This document shows, one piece after another, positions 9,864 to 19,770 of a stretch of DNA of 64,000 bases. The notes beneath the pieces were generated by a model. That model made no database searches and was not told the origin of the DNA. It saw only the letters and a list, made by a program, of their open reading frames with translations. The stretch spans positions 280,733-344,732 of the forward strand of contig CABZMF010000001.1 in assembly GCA_902526795.1 (NCBI GenBank), in the 5' to 3' direction. The position numbers and the translations under genes were made by a program. The stretch comes from an uncultured Fidelibacterota bacterium (GTDB lineage Bacteria > Fidelibacterota > Marinisomatia > Marinisomatales > Marinisomataceae). The stretch's first letter is position 1, and every line of letters begins with the position of its first letter.

Positions 9864-10510
9864 TGAGTTTAACCTTTTTTATAATAACAATTCTATTGAT
9901 GATTTTCAATTTAGTTTGGATAATTTTTTTTACTCCAATGGTTCCTGAACAAGAATGGGCTCAAAAAATATTTTATCTTCATGTTCCTATTGCTTGGTCT
10001 GGTTTTTTAGCATATTTCATTGTAATGATTAGTGGAGTTTATTTTCTTTTCACAAAAAATCTTAAATACGACAGAATTGGTTTAGCTTCAGCTGAGATAG
10101 GAACTATCTTTACTGCTTTAGTCTTAATAACTGGTCCAATTTGGGCAACGCCAATTTGGGGTCAACCCTGGGTTTGGGAACCTAGATTAATTACCACATT
10201 AGTATTATTTCTAATATATATTGGATATTTTATAATGAGAAACATCGGATTATATAGACAAAGAGCAGCACTTGTTTGTGCTATTATAGGAATTATTGCA
10301 TTTTTAGATATACCTATTATTTTTGCGTCCGTAAATTTTTGGGCTGCTGAGATTCAATCTCATCCCCAACTTGGAATGAACAAACAGCCTTCTGGAATTT
10401 TAAATCCTTTCTTATTCTCCTTATTATCATTCACTTTTTTAATGATTTTAATGCTATTGTTGAAAGTTGAAGTTCTGAAAAAAAAGGATATTGAGAATAA
10501 ATATGTTTAA
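9863..10510 (+). CDS. ccmC: Haem exporter/haem-handling protein CcmC
   Basis: It has the Trp-rich motif 'WGQPWVWEPRL' and a conserved His context 'YLHVPIAW'. Confidence 0.88.
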   Translation: MSLTFFIITILLMIFNLVWIIFFTPMVPEQEWAQKIFYLHVPIAWSGFLAYFIVMISGVYFLFTKNLKYDRIGLASAEIGTIFTALVLITGPIWATPIWGQPWVWEPRLITTLVLFLIYIGYFIMRNIGLYRQRAALVCAIIGIIAFLDIPIIFASVNFWAAEIQSHPQLGMNKQPSGILNPFLFSLLSFTFLMILMLLLKVEVLKKKDIENKYV

Positions 10511-10601
10511 TTTTTTATCTTATTTTTTGTCAGCACTTTTTGTTGTATTTATTACTATTTTTGTTTGGTTTATCATTAACATTAAAAAATATATAAATTA
10601 A
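10503..10601 (+). CDS. Candidate CcmD-like 32-aa single-TM micro-ORF
   Basis: Its ATG overlaps the ccmC stop (ATGTTTAA). Translation is MFNFLSYFLSALFVVFITIFVWFIINIKKYIN. It sits in the canonical ccmD position after ccmC. It is not in the ORF track. Confidence 0.45.
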   Translation: MFNFLSYFLSALFVVFITIFVWFIINIKKYIN

Positions 10602-10619
10602 TTCGGGGGAATTAAAAAT

Positions 10620-11684
10620 ATGGAAAGAAAAATTGTACATGTTGTTGGGACTGGTACTATAGGCGAACCGCTAATTGGAATTCTTTGTGAGCAAAGAAGT
10701 AATTTAGGAATAGATGAAGTTACTTTTCATAAACAAACCCCATTAACAAAAGATGCTCCTAAAATTAAAAATTTAATGGCCAAAGGTGCAAGACTTGCAG
10801 TTCATGAAGATAGAGTTGAAAGTTTTAAAGAAATAGGCTTGGAACCAGAATTTACAATGGAAGAGGCTGTTTCAAGAAGCTCTGTTGTTATTGATTGTAC
10901 ACCAAAAGGTTTTGGACACAAAAATAAATTAGATTTTTACGAAAAATATTCAGATAAAGTTAAAGGATTTCTTGCGCAAGGAAGTGAAGATGGTTTTGGT
11001 AAAAAATATGCCAGAGGTGTTAATGACCATGTGGTAAATTCTGAAGATCAATTTTTACAAATTGTATCGTGCAATACACACAATATTGCATGTTTGGTTA
11101 ATACAATAGCATTAAGCATTTCGCCTGATAATTTGGTCAGTGGAAAGTTTGTTTGTATTCGTAGAAGTAATGATATAAGTCAAATTGGAAGCTTTGTACC
11201 TGCACCAACAGTAAATGATCATGGTCATCCAATATACGGAACGCATCATGCTGAAGATGCTGCTGGGTTATTTAAAACTATGAATTTAGATCTTGATTTA
11301 TTTTCTTCAGCAATGAAAGTCAATTCTCAGTATATGCATACTGTTTGGTTTAATTTGAAAGTAAAAGAGCCTACCTCAAAACAAAAAGTTATTGATCTAC
11401 TTGCAAGCAATGATAGAGTATCATTAACAGAACATCATGCTGCAAATGAGGTTTTTTCATTTGGAAGAGACCAGGGATTGTATGGAAGAATTTTGAATCA
11501 AACTGTTATTGTTGAAGATTCAATTAATGTTCGTAATGACCATGAAGTATCTGGATTTTGTTTTACACCGCAGGACGGCAACTCAATTCTCTCAAGTATT
11601 GCTGCTACGGTTAGATTTTTAAATCCACATTCGTATCAAGATAAGATTAATTCCCTTGGCGGATTTTTCTTTGACAGAGTTTAA
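10620..11684 (+). CDS. Type II (archaeal-type) glyceraldehyde-3-phosphate dehydrogenase homologue
   Basis: It has the Rossmann motif 'VVGTGTIGE', plus 'VIDCTPKGFG', the catalytic-Cys context 'IVSCNTHN', 'IRRSND' and 'THHAED'. These are collinear with archaeal GAPDH as I recall it. A GGGGGA SD lies upstream. Confidence 0.7.
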   Translation: MERKIVHVVGTGTIGEPLIGILCEQRSNLGIDEVTFHKQTPLTKDAPKIKNLMAKGARLAVHEDRVESFKEIGLEPEFTMEEAVSRSSVVIDCTPKGFGHKNKLDFYEKYSDKVKGFLAQGSEDGFGKKYARGVNDHVVNSEDQFLQIVSCNTHNIACLVNTIALSISPDNLVSGKFVCIRRSNDISQIGSFVPAPTVNDHGHPIYGTHHAEDAAGLFKTMNLDLDLFSSAMKVNSQYMHTVWFNLKVKEPTSKQKVIDLLASNDRVSLTEHHAANEVFSFGRDQGLYGRILNQTVIVEDSINVRNDHEVSGFCFTPQDGNSILSSIAATVRFLNPHSYQDKINSLGGFFFDRV

Positions 11685-12316
11685 TGTATCATTATAAGAA
11701 AATAATTTCAAGACTACTTGATCAAAACATTTATATTTTATCAAACGATAAAAAAGAATCTATAATAATTGATCCGGGTTTAGGTTTTGAATTAATTGAT
11801 AATTATTTAAAGTCTGAAAATTTAAAACCAATAGCTGTTATTGCTACTCATGCACACATTGATCATATAGCTTCAGCAAATGATTGTATAGAAAATTATA
11901 GTATCCCATTTTACATATGTAAAGGTAATAGTATAATGCTCAATCACTATGATATCATGAAAGCTTATATGAATGTTAAATCAAAAAAACCTAATGTTAG
12001 TCACTGGATTGATGAATCAGCGGAAAAATTGACTATAGGTTCGTTTGATTTTAATCTTATCTATAATCCAGGACATTCTCCAGGATGTATGAGTTTTGAA
12101 ATTGATTCTTTAATTTTTTGTGGCGACCTAATTTTCAAGGGATCAATTGGAAGAACAGATCTTCAAACATCTAATCCTGAGCATATGGAACAATCACTAG
12201 AAAAGTTTGTAAATTTATTTGATGCTAATTCTACTTTGCTCCCTGGGCATCGAGAAATTACAACATTAGATTACGAATTAAAAACAAACCCATTTTTAGT
12301 TAAATATGCAAAATAA
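11684..12316 (+). CDS. MBL-fold metallo-hydrolase (GloB/YcbL-like)
   Basis: 'THAHIDH' and 'PGHSPG' metal-ligand motifs are present. Confidence 0.8.
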   Translation: MYHYKKIISRLLDQNIYILSNDKKESIIIDPGLGFELIDNYLKSENLKPIAVIATHAHIDHIASANDCIENYSIPFYICKGNSIMLNHYDIMKAYMNVKSKKPNVSHWIDESAEKLTIGSFDFNLIYNPGHSPGCMSFEIDSLIFCGDLIFKGSIGRTDLQTSNPEHMEQSLEKFVNLFDANSTLLPGHREITTLDYELKTNPFLVKYAK

Positions 12317-13622
12317 AATTATCAAAAATCTTAAGTATTTCGATTGTGAAAAGGATACACATCTTCTTTTGGCAGTATCAGGTGGAGTAGATTCTATGGT
12401 CATGTTGCATTTTTTCCAGCAAAATAAATCTTTTTTTAATTTTTCTGTTGCCCATATTAATCACTGCTATAATGCTGATTCTCAAAAGATGGAAAAATTA
12501 GTAAAAAAACAATGCGGAAATGAAAATAATTTAATTATTGAGCATATTGAAACGGAGAGCATCAAGTCAAACATTGAATCAAAATTTAGGAAGCTTAGGT
12601 ACAATGAACTTGAAAAAATTAGAAAAAAAGTTAAGGCTGATCTAATTGTTACCGCTCATCATGCTGATGATCAAGCAGAAACCATAATAATGAAAATTCT
12701 AAATTCATCTGGTTTTGATGGACTTAAAGGTATTAGAAAAAAAAATCGAAATATTATTAGACCAATGTATAATATTTCCAAATGTGAAATTAAAAAATAC
12801 GCTACTAATAATCTCATTAATTATATAGATGATCCAACTAATTTAGATATTTCTTTCACAAGAAATTTTTTAAGAAATAATGTTTTTCCAGAGTTAAAAA
12901 AACTTAAAAAAGATATACATTTACCCTTTATTGATTTCTCTAAGCGAATTAATGAAGTTCATGATCTAATAGATTTTAATGTTCAAAATTTTTGTAACTC
13001 AGTTAATTACAATGCTCAAAAAGATTTTATTGAAATTGATAAGAATGAATTTTTCAATTTACCTTTTTTAGTTCAGTTTAGAATTATAACAAATTTATGT
13101 TTTAAAAAAACTTTTAAAAAAAATGATATTCGTGATTTAAAAGATTTTTTTAGAAAAAATGATACTGGAAGCACAAGAAATTTTCTTGAAAAAACTATTT
13201 ACATTGACAAAAAATCATTATTCATATATGAAAGTTTAAATAAAGAATATTTTAAAAAAGTAGATCCTGGAAAAAAAATGAAAATAGATAATTTTACTTT
13301 CTCATGGAATTTCCATAACAAGCCAATAAGCTTTAATTCTAATGCTCAAGTAGAATATATTGATGCTTCTAAACTAAAAAGTAATTTAGTAATAAGATCA
13401 ATACGTGAAGATGATAGTTTTTTACCTCTAGGGATGAAAGGACATAAAAAAGTTATAAAATTTTTAAAAGATAAAAATTTATCTTTAATAAATAGAAAAA
13501 AATCTTTAGTTGTTTGCAATGATAGCGAAATCGTTTGGGTTGCAGGTCATCAATTAAGTGACAGATATAGAGTAAAAGATAATTCTAAAAAAATTGTAAA
13601 ATTAAATTTCTTCAGGAATTAG
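12306..13622 (+). CDS. tilS: tRNA(Ile)-lysidine synthetase
   Basis: It has the PP-loop 'SGGVDS' and 'TAHHADDQAET', and sits upstream of ftsH as in many bacteria. Confidence 0.88.
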   Translation: MQNKIIKNLKYFDCEKDTHLLLAVSGGVDSMVMLHFFQQNKSFFNFSVAHINHCYNADSQKMEKLVKKQCGNENNLIIEHIETESIKSNIESKFRKLRYNELEKIRKKVKADLIVTAHHADDQAETIIMKILNSSGFDGLKGIRKKNRNIIRPMYNISKCEIKKYATNNLINYIDDPTNLDISFTRNFLRNNVFPELKKLKKDIHLPFIDFSKRINEVHDLIDFNVQNFCNSVNYNAQKDFIEIDKNEFFNLPFLVQFRIITNLCFKKTFKKNDIRDLKDFFRKNDTGSTRNFLEKTIYIDKKSLFIYESLNKEYFKKVDPGKKMKIDNFTFSWNFHNKPISFNSNAQVEYIDASKLKSNLVIRSIREDDSFLPLGMKGHKKVIKFLKDKNLSLINRKKSLVVCNDSEIVWVAGHQLSDRYRVKDNSKKIVKLNFFRN

Positions 13623-13658
13623 TTTTTTTATTATCCATTTTTATTAAATTCTCTTCCA

Positions 13659-15554
13659 ATGAAGAATCAAAAAAACAACAAACCCAACCAAAAAAAGGCA
13701 TCTTCGGGCCCAAGTTCACTACTTATTTGGGCATCAATTATACTTTTTATTATTGCATCATTTACATTTCTGCCAGATGAATCAGCTAATGAAGTTGAAA
13801 TATCTTACAATACTTATAAAGAATTACTTTCTGAAAATAAGATAAAAGAAGCTTCCATTGAAAATGATAATTCTTTTCATGGAGAACTTTTTGAACCTGA
13901 AAACTTAACAAATAAAAATGGTGCGGAATTTTTAGATAGAATACTATTTGTTGTTTATTTACCTTCAGATTATTCAGATCAGATTGCCTTATGGGATGAG
14001 AAAAAAATTGAATATAATTTTGAAGGTGAGAAAATTGATTGGACAGCATGGTTATTAGGCTTTGCGCCATGGATATTGCTGATAGCATTCTGGTTATTTT
14101 TGATTAGAAGAATGCAAAGTTCTGGTAGTGGAATGAACAATGTTTTTAGTTTTGGAAAAAGTAAAGCAAAAGTTTTTTCTGGCAATCAAAAGAAAGTTAA
14201 GTTTAAAGATGTTGCTGGATGCGTTGAGGCTAAAGAGGAGCTTCAGGAAGTAATAGCTTATTTAAAAAGCCCTAAAAAATTTGAAAAACTTGGCGGAAAA
14301 ATTCCTAGGGGTGTTTTATTAGTTGGCCCACCTGGAACAGGTAAAACTCTATTAGCAAGAGCAGTAGCTGGAGAATCAAATGTACCTTTCTTTAGTATAA
14401 GTGGTGCGGATTTTGTAGAAATGTTTGTTGGAGTTGGCGCATCAAGAGTTAGAGATCTTTTTGAGCAGGCTAATAAAAATCAACCTGCAATTGTTTTCAT
14501 AGATGAACTAGATGCTGTCGGAAGGCAAAGGGGAGCAGGTTTAGGAGGAGGTCATGATGAAAGAGAGCAAACTTTGAATCAACTTCTTGTTGAGCTCGAT
14601 GGTTTTGAGAATTCTAACAGTGTAATTGTTATGGGAGCAACAAATAGGCCTGATGTCCTAGATTCAGCATTATTGAGACCTGGAAGGTTTGATAGGCAAG
14701 TTGTTGTAGATGTACCAGATTTAAATGGAAGACATGATATTCTTAAGATTCACACAAAGAATATAAAAATAAAACCAAAAACAGTTAAGCTGTTAGATAT
14801 TGCCAAAGGTACACCCGGAATGGTTGGTGCTGATTTAGCAAATTTAGTAAATGAGGCTGCACTACTTGCATCCAGGAAGAGAAAAACATATGTAGACAAC
14901 GGAGATTTTCAAGAAGCTCAAGATAAAGTTTTAATGGGAGTTCAAAGAAAAAGTATGGTTTTATCTCATCATGAGAAAAAAGTAACAGCGTATCACGAAG
15001 CTGGTCACGCTGTTGTTGCTTTGTTTTCTCCTGAAGCTGACCCTGTTCATAAAGTAACAATTATTCCAAGGGGTAGAGCTCTAGGAGTTACAATGCAACT
15101 TCCAATTGATGAAAAGCATGGCTACTCTAAAACTTATATTTTAAGCAGATTAGCTGTTATGATGGGAGGAAGGGCTGCTGAAGATCTAATTTTAAATGAA
15201 ATAACGACTGGTGCGTCCAATGATATTGAGCGTGCAACAAGCATAGCAAGGAGAATGGTCTGCGAATGGGGAATGAGTGATAAACTTGGACCAATGGCTT
15301 TCGGAAAAAAGAATGAAGAAATTTTCTTAGGTAGAGAAATTCAATCTCACAGAGATTACAGTGAAGAAACTGCCCAAAAGATTGATCACGAAGTCGTATC
15401 CATCATTAAAAATGCTCAAGATTCTGCAAAAAAAATATTAGAAAATAATATTGAATCATTACACCTTATGGCTGAACAATTGCTTGAGCACGAAACAATA
15501 GATGAATCAGATATTAAAGTCATAATGTCTGGTAAGAAAATCAAAAAAAAATAG
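13659..15554 (+). CDS. ftsH: ATP-dependent zinc metalloprotease FtsH
   Basis: 'GPPGTGKT', 'IVFIDELDA' and the zinc site 'HEAGHA' are present, with two N-terminal TM segments. Confidence 0.97.
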   Translation: MKNQKNNKPNQKKASSGPSSLLIWASIILFIIASFTFLPDESANEVEISYNTYKELLSENKIKEASIENDNSFHGELFEPENLTNKNGAEFLDRILFVVYLPSDYSDQIALWDEKKIEYNFEGEKIDWTAWLLGFAPWILLIAFWLFLIRRMQSSGSGMNNVFSFGKSKAKVFSGNQKKVKFKDVAGCVEAKEELQEVIAYLKSPKKFEKLGGKIPRGVLLVGPPGTGKTLLARAVAGESNVPFFSISGADFVEMFVGVGASRVRDLFEQANKNQPAIVFIDELDAVGRQRGAGLGGGHDEREQTLNQLLVELDGFENSNSVIVMGATNRPDVLDSALLRPGRFDRQVVVDVPDLNGRHDILKIHTKNIKIKPKTVKLLDIAKGTPGMVGADLANLVNEAALLASRKRKTYVDNGDFQEAQDKVLMGVQRKSMVLSHHEKKVTAYHEAGHAVVALFSPEADPVHKVTIIPRGRALGVTMQLPIDEKHGYSKTYILSRLAVMMGGRAAEDLILNEITTGASNDIERATSIARRMVCEWGMSDKLGPMAFGKKNEEIFLGREIQSHRDYSEETAQKIDHEVVSIIKNAQDSAKKILENNIESLHLMAEQLLEHETIDESDIKVIMSGKKIKKK

Positions 15555-15557
15555 TTC

Positions 15558-16409
15558 ATGAATATCAAAAATCTCAATGATTGGCTTTTAAGTAAAAAAA
15601 AGCGATCACTTATAATGGGGATATTAAATGTTACACCAGATTCATTCTCTGATGGTGGAGATTATTATGAAAAAAATCTCGCAGTCGAACACGCATTAAA
15701 AATGGTAAATCAGGGTGCCGATATTATAGATATTGGGGGAGAATCAACTAGACCATTTTCTGAACCAGTATCTTTTGATGAAGAAATTTCCAGGGTAATT
15801 CCTGTAATTAAAGGAATCAGAGAAAATTCAGATGTATGCATATCAATTGATACAACAAAATCAAAAGTAGCTCTGGCAGCTCTTGAGTCAGGTGCATCAT
15901 TTATTAATGATATTAGTGCTATGGAAACAGACCCAGCAATGGTAAATGTCGCTTTAAAATTTGATTGCCCATTAGTTTTAATGCACATGAAAGGAAAACC
16001 AAAAAACATGCAAGATAATCCTTTATATAAGTCACTTATTAAAGATATAAAAAATTATCTTTTTGAAAGGGTTGACTTCGCAATTTCCAAAGGTATTGAT
16101 AGAAAAAAAATAATAATTGATCCAGGAATTGGTTTTGGAAAAACCGTTGAAAATAATTTTGAATTAATAAATAATTTAGAACAATTCGTTGAAATGAAAT
16201 TACCCGTGCTTCTCGGAGCTTCAAGGAAATCTTTTATTGGAGTCACATTAGATCTTCCTGAAAAAGAAAGGATGGAAGGTTCAATCGCTGCTAATATAAT
16301 TGGATTACAAAAAGGTGCAAAAATTTTTAGAGTCCATGATGTTGTTGAAACAAATAGAGCTATGGTTATTGCAAATAAAATTTTCAATTCAAACAATTTA
16401 ATTAACTAA
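15558..16409 (+). CDS. folP: Dihydropteroate synthase
   Basis: 'GILNVTPDSFSDGG', 'DIGGESTRP' and 'DPGIGFGK' are present. Confidence 0.93.
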   Translation: MNIKNLNDWLLSKKKRSLIMGILNVTPDSFSDGGDYYEKNLAVEHALKMVNQGADIIDIGGESTRPFSEPVSFDEEISRVIPVIKGIRENSDVCISIDTTKSKVALAALESGASFINDISAMETDPAMVNVALKFDCPLVLMHMKGKPKNMQDNPLYKSLIKDIKNYLFERVDFAISKGIDRKKIIIDPGIGFGKTVENNFELINNLEQFVEMKLPVLLGASRKSFIGVTLDLPEKERMEGSIAANIIGLQKGAKIFRVHDVVETNRAMVIANKIFNSNNLIN

Positions 16410-16417
16410 ATTAATAT

Positions 16418-17197
16418 ATGAACCTTTTTGAGATAAGTTTTTTAAAGTTTACACTTACTGACCTTTTTGACTTGATTTTAGTAACCTTCATATTCTCTTA
16501 TGCATATTCATATTTCAGGGGTACAAGAGGAGGTCAAATGCTCATCGGTTTGTTAATTATTTTTTTTGCAGGGTTTATTATTAATATTTTAGGATTTAAA
16601 GCTACTTCATGGCTTATAAATCTTTTTCAAACTGTATGGGTAGTAGTATTTGTAATCCTGTTTCAACCTGAAATAAGAAGATTGCTAACTTCAGTTGGTC
16701 AAAATCGTATTTTAAGAAAGCTTTTCCAAATTGAGAAAAATGAAATTCAAGAAGATATTTTATCAAGTATCGCAGAAATAAAAAGAAATAATTGGGGAGC
16801 TTTACTTGTTTTTGAAAGAGAAAACTCATTAAAAAATGTTGTTTCAGATGCTGTACCTATGCATGCTTCATTTAGTCCTGAGTTACTGGTTTCAATTTTT
16901 AATCCATCATCTCCTTTACATGACGGAGCAGTAGTTATTCATAATAATCTTATTGAGGCAGCAGCATGTATATTACCACTTACAGAAAGTAAAACTTTAA
17001 ATCCTGAAATGGGTACACGACACAGAGCAGCGTTAGGAATTTCCGAGGAAAGCGACGCAATTGCAGTAGTTATATCAGAAGAGAGCGGAAAAATTTCTGT
17101 TGCAGAGAATGGATTTTTTATAAGTTCAGGCCTTTCTTTAGATGCTCTTGGTAAAGTTCTTAAAGATAAAATGAATGAATTTATTGAGGAAGTTTAA
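16418..17197 (+). CDS. cdaA: Diadenylate cyclase (c-di-AMP synthase), membrane-anchored CdaA type
   Basis: It has three N-terminal TM segments and a DAC domain with 'HDGAVVI' and 'GTRHRAALGISEESDA'. Confidence 0.9.
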   Translation: MNLFEISFLKFTLTDLFDLILVTFIFSYAYSYFRGTRGGQMLIGLLIIFFAGFIINILGFKATSWLINLFQTVWVVVFVILFQPEIRRLLTSVGQNRILRKLFQIEKNEIQEDILSSIAEIKRNNWGALLVFERENSLKNVVSDAVPMHASFSPELLVSIFNPSSPLHDGAVVIHNNLIEAAACILPLTESKTLNPEMGTRHRAALGISEESDAIAVVISEESGKISVAENGFFISSGLSLDALGKVLKDKMNEFIEEV

Positions 17198-17199
17198 AT

Positions 17200-18675
17200 A
17201 TGTTAAAAGATAAGATTTTAGATTTATTAAATAGATCCGACTTTATGACTTTATCTACGAGTGTTGCAGGAAACCCCTCTGCAGCAAATGTTTACTTTGC
17301 TAATGATGGTTTAGATATATATTTTTTTACTTTTAATCCATCAAGAAAAGCTGTTCAAATATCAATGAATCCTAAAGTTCAAATTGTGATTAGGCCAGAC
17401 GGGGAAGATGGTATAAAAGAATTGCAAATAGATGCTTACGCTTCAAAAGTTTCAGATAAGAAAGAGATAGACAAAGCAAGAAAAGCAATATTAAATGTTA
17501 CAAAAGCTTTCTCTGAATATATGCACGATGATTTCTTAATTACCAATGATGTAATTGGCTATTACAAGATCAAACCAACTACAATAAAATATGTCGATTT
17601 TTTTGCGGAAAAACAATTTGAATGGATTGAAATTCCTGAAAATAGGATAGGCCTATTTACTGAAATAAAAAATAGTATTGTTAATACTTTAAAATATTGG
17701 GTTGCTGTTGTAAGAGCACCTTTCCTAACAGCAACAATTGCCCCTATAATGCTTGGTTCAGCTATTGCTTATAAACAGTTTGGTGCTTTTGATTGGTCAA
17801 TATTTTGGATGGTATTAATGGGTGCTGTTTGTGCTCAAATTGGTACAAATAATATTAATGATTATTTTGATCATAAAACTAGAAATGATGAAATGAATAA
17901 GTTAGCTAGCCCTTTTAACGGTGGGTCAAGGGCTATTCAATCTGGATTAATTACCCCTACAAATATGCTCCTGCTTTCAATTTTCTTTTTTTCGTGTACA
18001 ATCTTTGTTGGTCTTAATTTAAACAACCTCTTTTTTGATGGAAAGGTTGATTCAATCTTAATGTATATGGGATATTTGGGTGTATTTTTGGGAGTGATGT
18101 ATACTGGATTTTTTAAACTTGCATACAATGGTCTCGGCGATTTAGCAGTATTTATTGGTTTTGGTCCTCTTATGGTGTATGGTGCAGCTTTGATGCAAAA
18201 CTTAGCAGTAGCACCAACTCAATCAATTGATCCAATAGTTACAATATTTTACTCAGTTCCTGTTGGAATATTTATTGCCTTAGTCCTTTTTATAAATTGT
18301 TTCCAAGATTATAATGCTGATAAGGCCGCAAATAAAAATAGCTGGGTTGTTAAATTAGCTGGTCCAGATGAAAAAGCTAATTATAGAAAACCATTTTCAG
18401 TTTGGAAAATTTTAATGGTTATTTCATTTCTTTTGATTGTTGGAGCATCTGTTTATGCACAAAATTATTTTACATTAATAGCATTAATTCCATTACTTAT
18501 TTTTAATTTTGCATCTAAAAAAGGTTCTGAGTGGTTAGTTGAATGGGAAAAAGAAGATGCTAATCTTCAGCAATTACCTTATGAACTATTAATTGTTAAT
18601 GTATCAACAATTGGGATTCATTTTTTAACTGGAGTACTGTTAACAATTGGAGTATTACTAAGTGTATGGATTTAA
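17200..18675 (+). CDS. Fusion protein. The N-terminal part is a PNPOx-like FMN-binding split-barrel domain. The C-terminal part is a MenA-like UbiA-family prenyltransferase.
   Basis: Residues ~1-150 resemble the pyridoxamine-5'-phosphate-oxidase/general-stress-protein-26 fold ('FMTLSTSVAGNPSAANVYFA'). Residues ~165-491 are collinear with E. coli MenA ('NNINDYFDHKTRND', 'YNGLGDLAVFIGFGP', 'FQDYNADKAANKNSWVVKLAG'). Confidence 0.75.
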   Translation: MLKDKILDLLNRSDFMTLSTSVAGNPSAANVYFANDGLDIYFFTFNPSRKAVQISMNPKVQIVIRPDGEDGIKELQIDAYASKVSDKKEIDKARKAILNVTKAFSEYMHDDFLITNDVIGYYKIKPTTIKYVDFFAEKQFEWIEIPENRIGLFTEIKNSIVNTLKYWVAVVRAPFLTATIAPIMLGSAIAYKQFGAFDWSIFWMVLMGAVCAQIGTNNINDYFDHKTRNDEMNKLASPFNGGSRAIQSGLITPTNMLLLSIFFFSCTIFVGLNLNNLFFDGKVDSILMYMGYLGVFLGVMYTGFFKLAYNGLGDLAVFIGFGPLMVYGAALMQNLAVAPTQSIDPIVTIFYSVPVGIFIALVLFINCFQDYNADKAANKNSWVVKLAGPDEKANYRKPFSVWKILMVISFLLIVGASVYAQNYFTLIALIPLLIFNFASKKGSEWLVEWEKEDANLQQLPYELLIVNVSTIGIHFLTGVLLTIGVLLSVWI

Positions 18676-19761
18676 AAGAAGCATATTCGTTATCTTTAGA
18701 AAAATATAATCAAATTAGGAGGCATCTTTGACCTTGAATCAAAGACCTCTGAGCTTAAAAAATTAAAAGAGCAAATTTCTAATCCCACAATGTGGGAAAA
18801 TAAATCTGAATCTACCTCTGTAATGAAAAAAATATCTTTTCTTGAAAAAGATATTACCTTAAGAAAAAATCTTGTTCAAAAAGCTGAAGATGTAGAAGTA
18901 CTTTTTGAATTCTTAAATGAAAATCAAGTTAAAGAAGAAGAAGTTAAAAAAGAGCTTAATACCTTTTCTAATCTTCTGAAGGAGTTTGAATTAAAACTAA
19001 TATTAAATGGTAAAAATGATATTAACGATGCTATAATTACAATTCACCCTGGTGCAGGAGGTACAGAAAGTCAAGATTGGGCTGAAATGCTGTATCGCAT
19101 GTATTCCATGTGGTCAGAATCAAAAGGTTTTAAATTTAATGTTATCGACTTCCAAAACGGTGATGAAGCAGGATTAAAAGATTGTACCGTTGAAATTTCT
19201 GGTGATTATGCTTATGGTTTATTACAAGCTGAGATTGGTATTCATAGACTAGTTAGGATTTCTCCATTTGACTCTAATAGCAGAAGACATACATCATTTG
19301 CTTCAGTGTCAGTTTCTCCAGCAGTTAATGAAGATATTGATATTGAAATAAATCAAAAAGATTTAAGAATAGATACATTTAGGTCAAGCGGTGCTGGCGG
19401 TCAACATGTTAATAAAACAGATTCAGCAATAAGAATAACTCATATGCCATCAGGTATTGTTTCTCAATGTCAAACGCAAAGATCCCAGCACAAAAATAAA
19501 GAGCAAGCATTAAAAGTATTAAAATCAAAACTTTTTCAATTAGAAGTTGAGAAGCAGATTCTTAATAAAAAAGAACTTGAAGGAGAAAAAAAAGATATTG
19601 GTTGGGGTAGTCAAATTAGATCCTATGTTTTTCATCCTTATAACATGATTAAAGATCATAGAACCAAACATGAGGTAGGAAATATAAAATCAGTTATGGA
19701 CGGTAATATTGATGATTTTATATATAGTTATTTATTAGATAAAATGGAAAAAAATAAATAA
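18666..19761 (+). CDS. prfB: Peptide chain release factor 2, requiring a programmed +1 frameshift at 18729
   Basis: Frame 0 reads ATG(18666) MDLKEAYSLSLEKYNQIRRHL and then TGA. The +1 frame continues DLESKTSELKKLKEQISNPTMWEN... into the 323-aa ORF. 'SPF' and 'SGAGGQHVN' are present. Confidence 0.93.
18717..18732 (+). other. prfB programmed +1 frameshift cassette
   Basis: AGGAGG-CAT-CTT-TGA-C: an internal SD 3 nt before the slippery CTT, followed by an in-frame UGA-C. E. coli has AGGGGG-TAT-CTT-TGA-C. Confidence 0.9.
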
Positions 19762-19770
19762 GTTTTCTAA

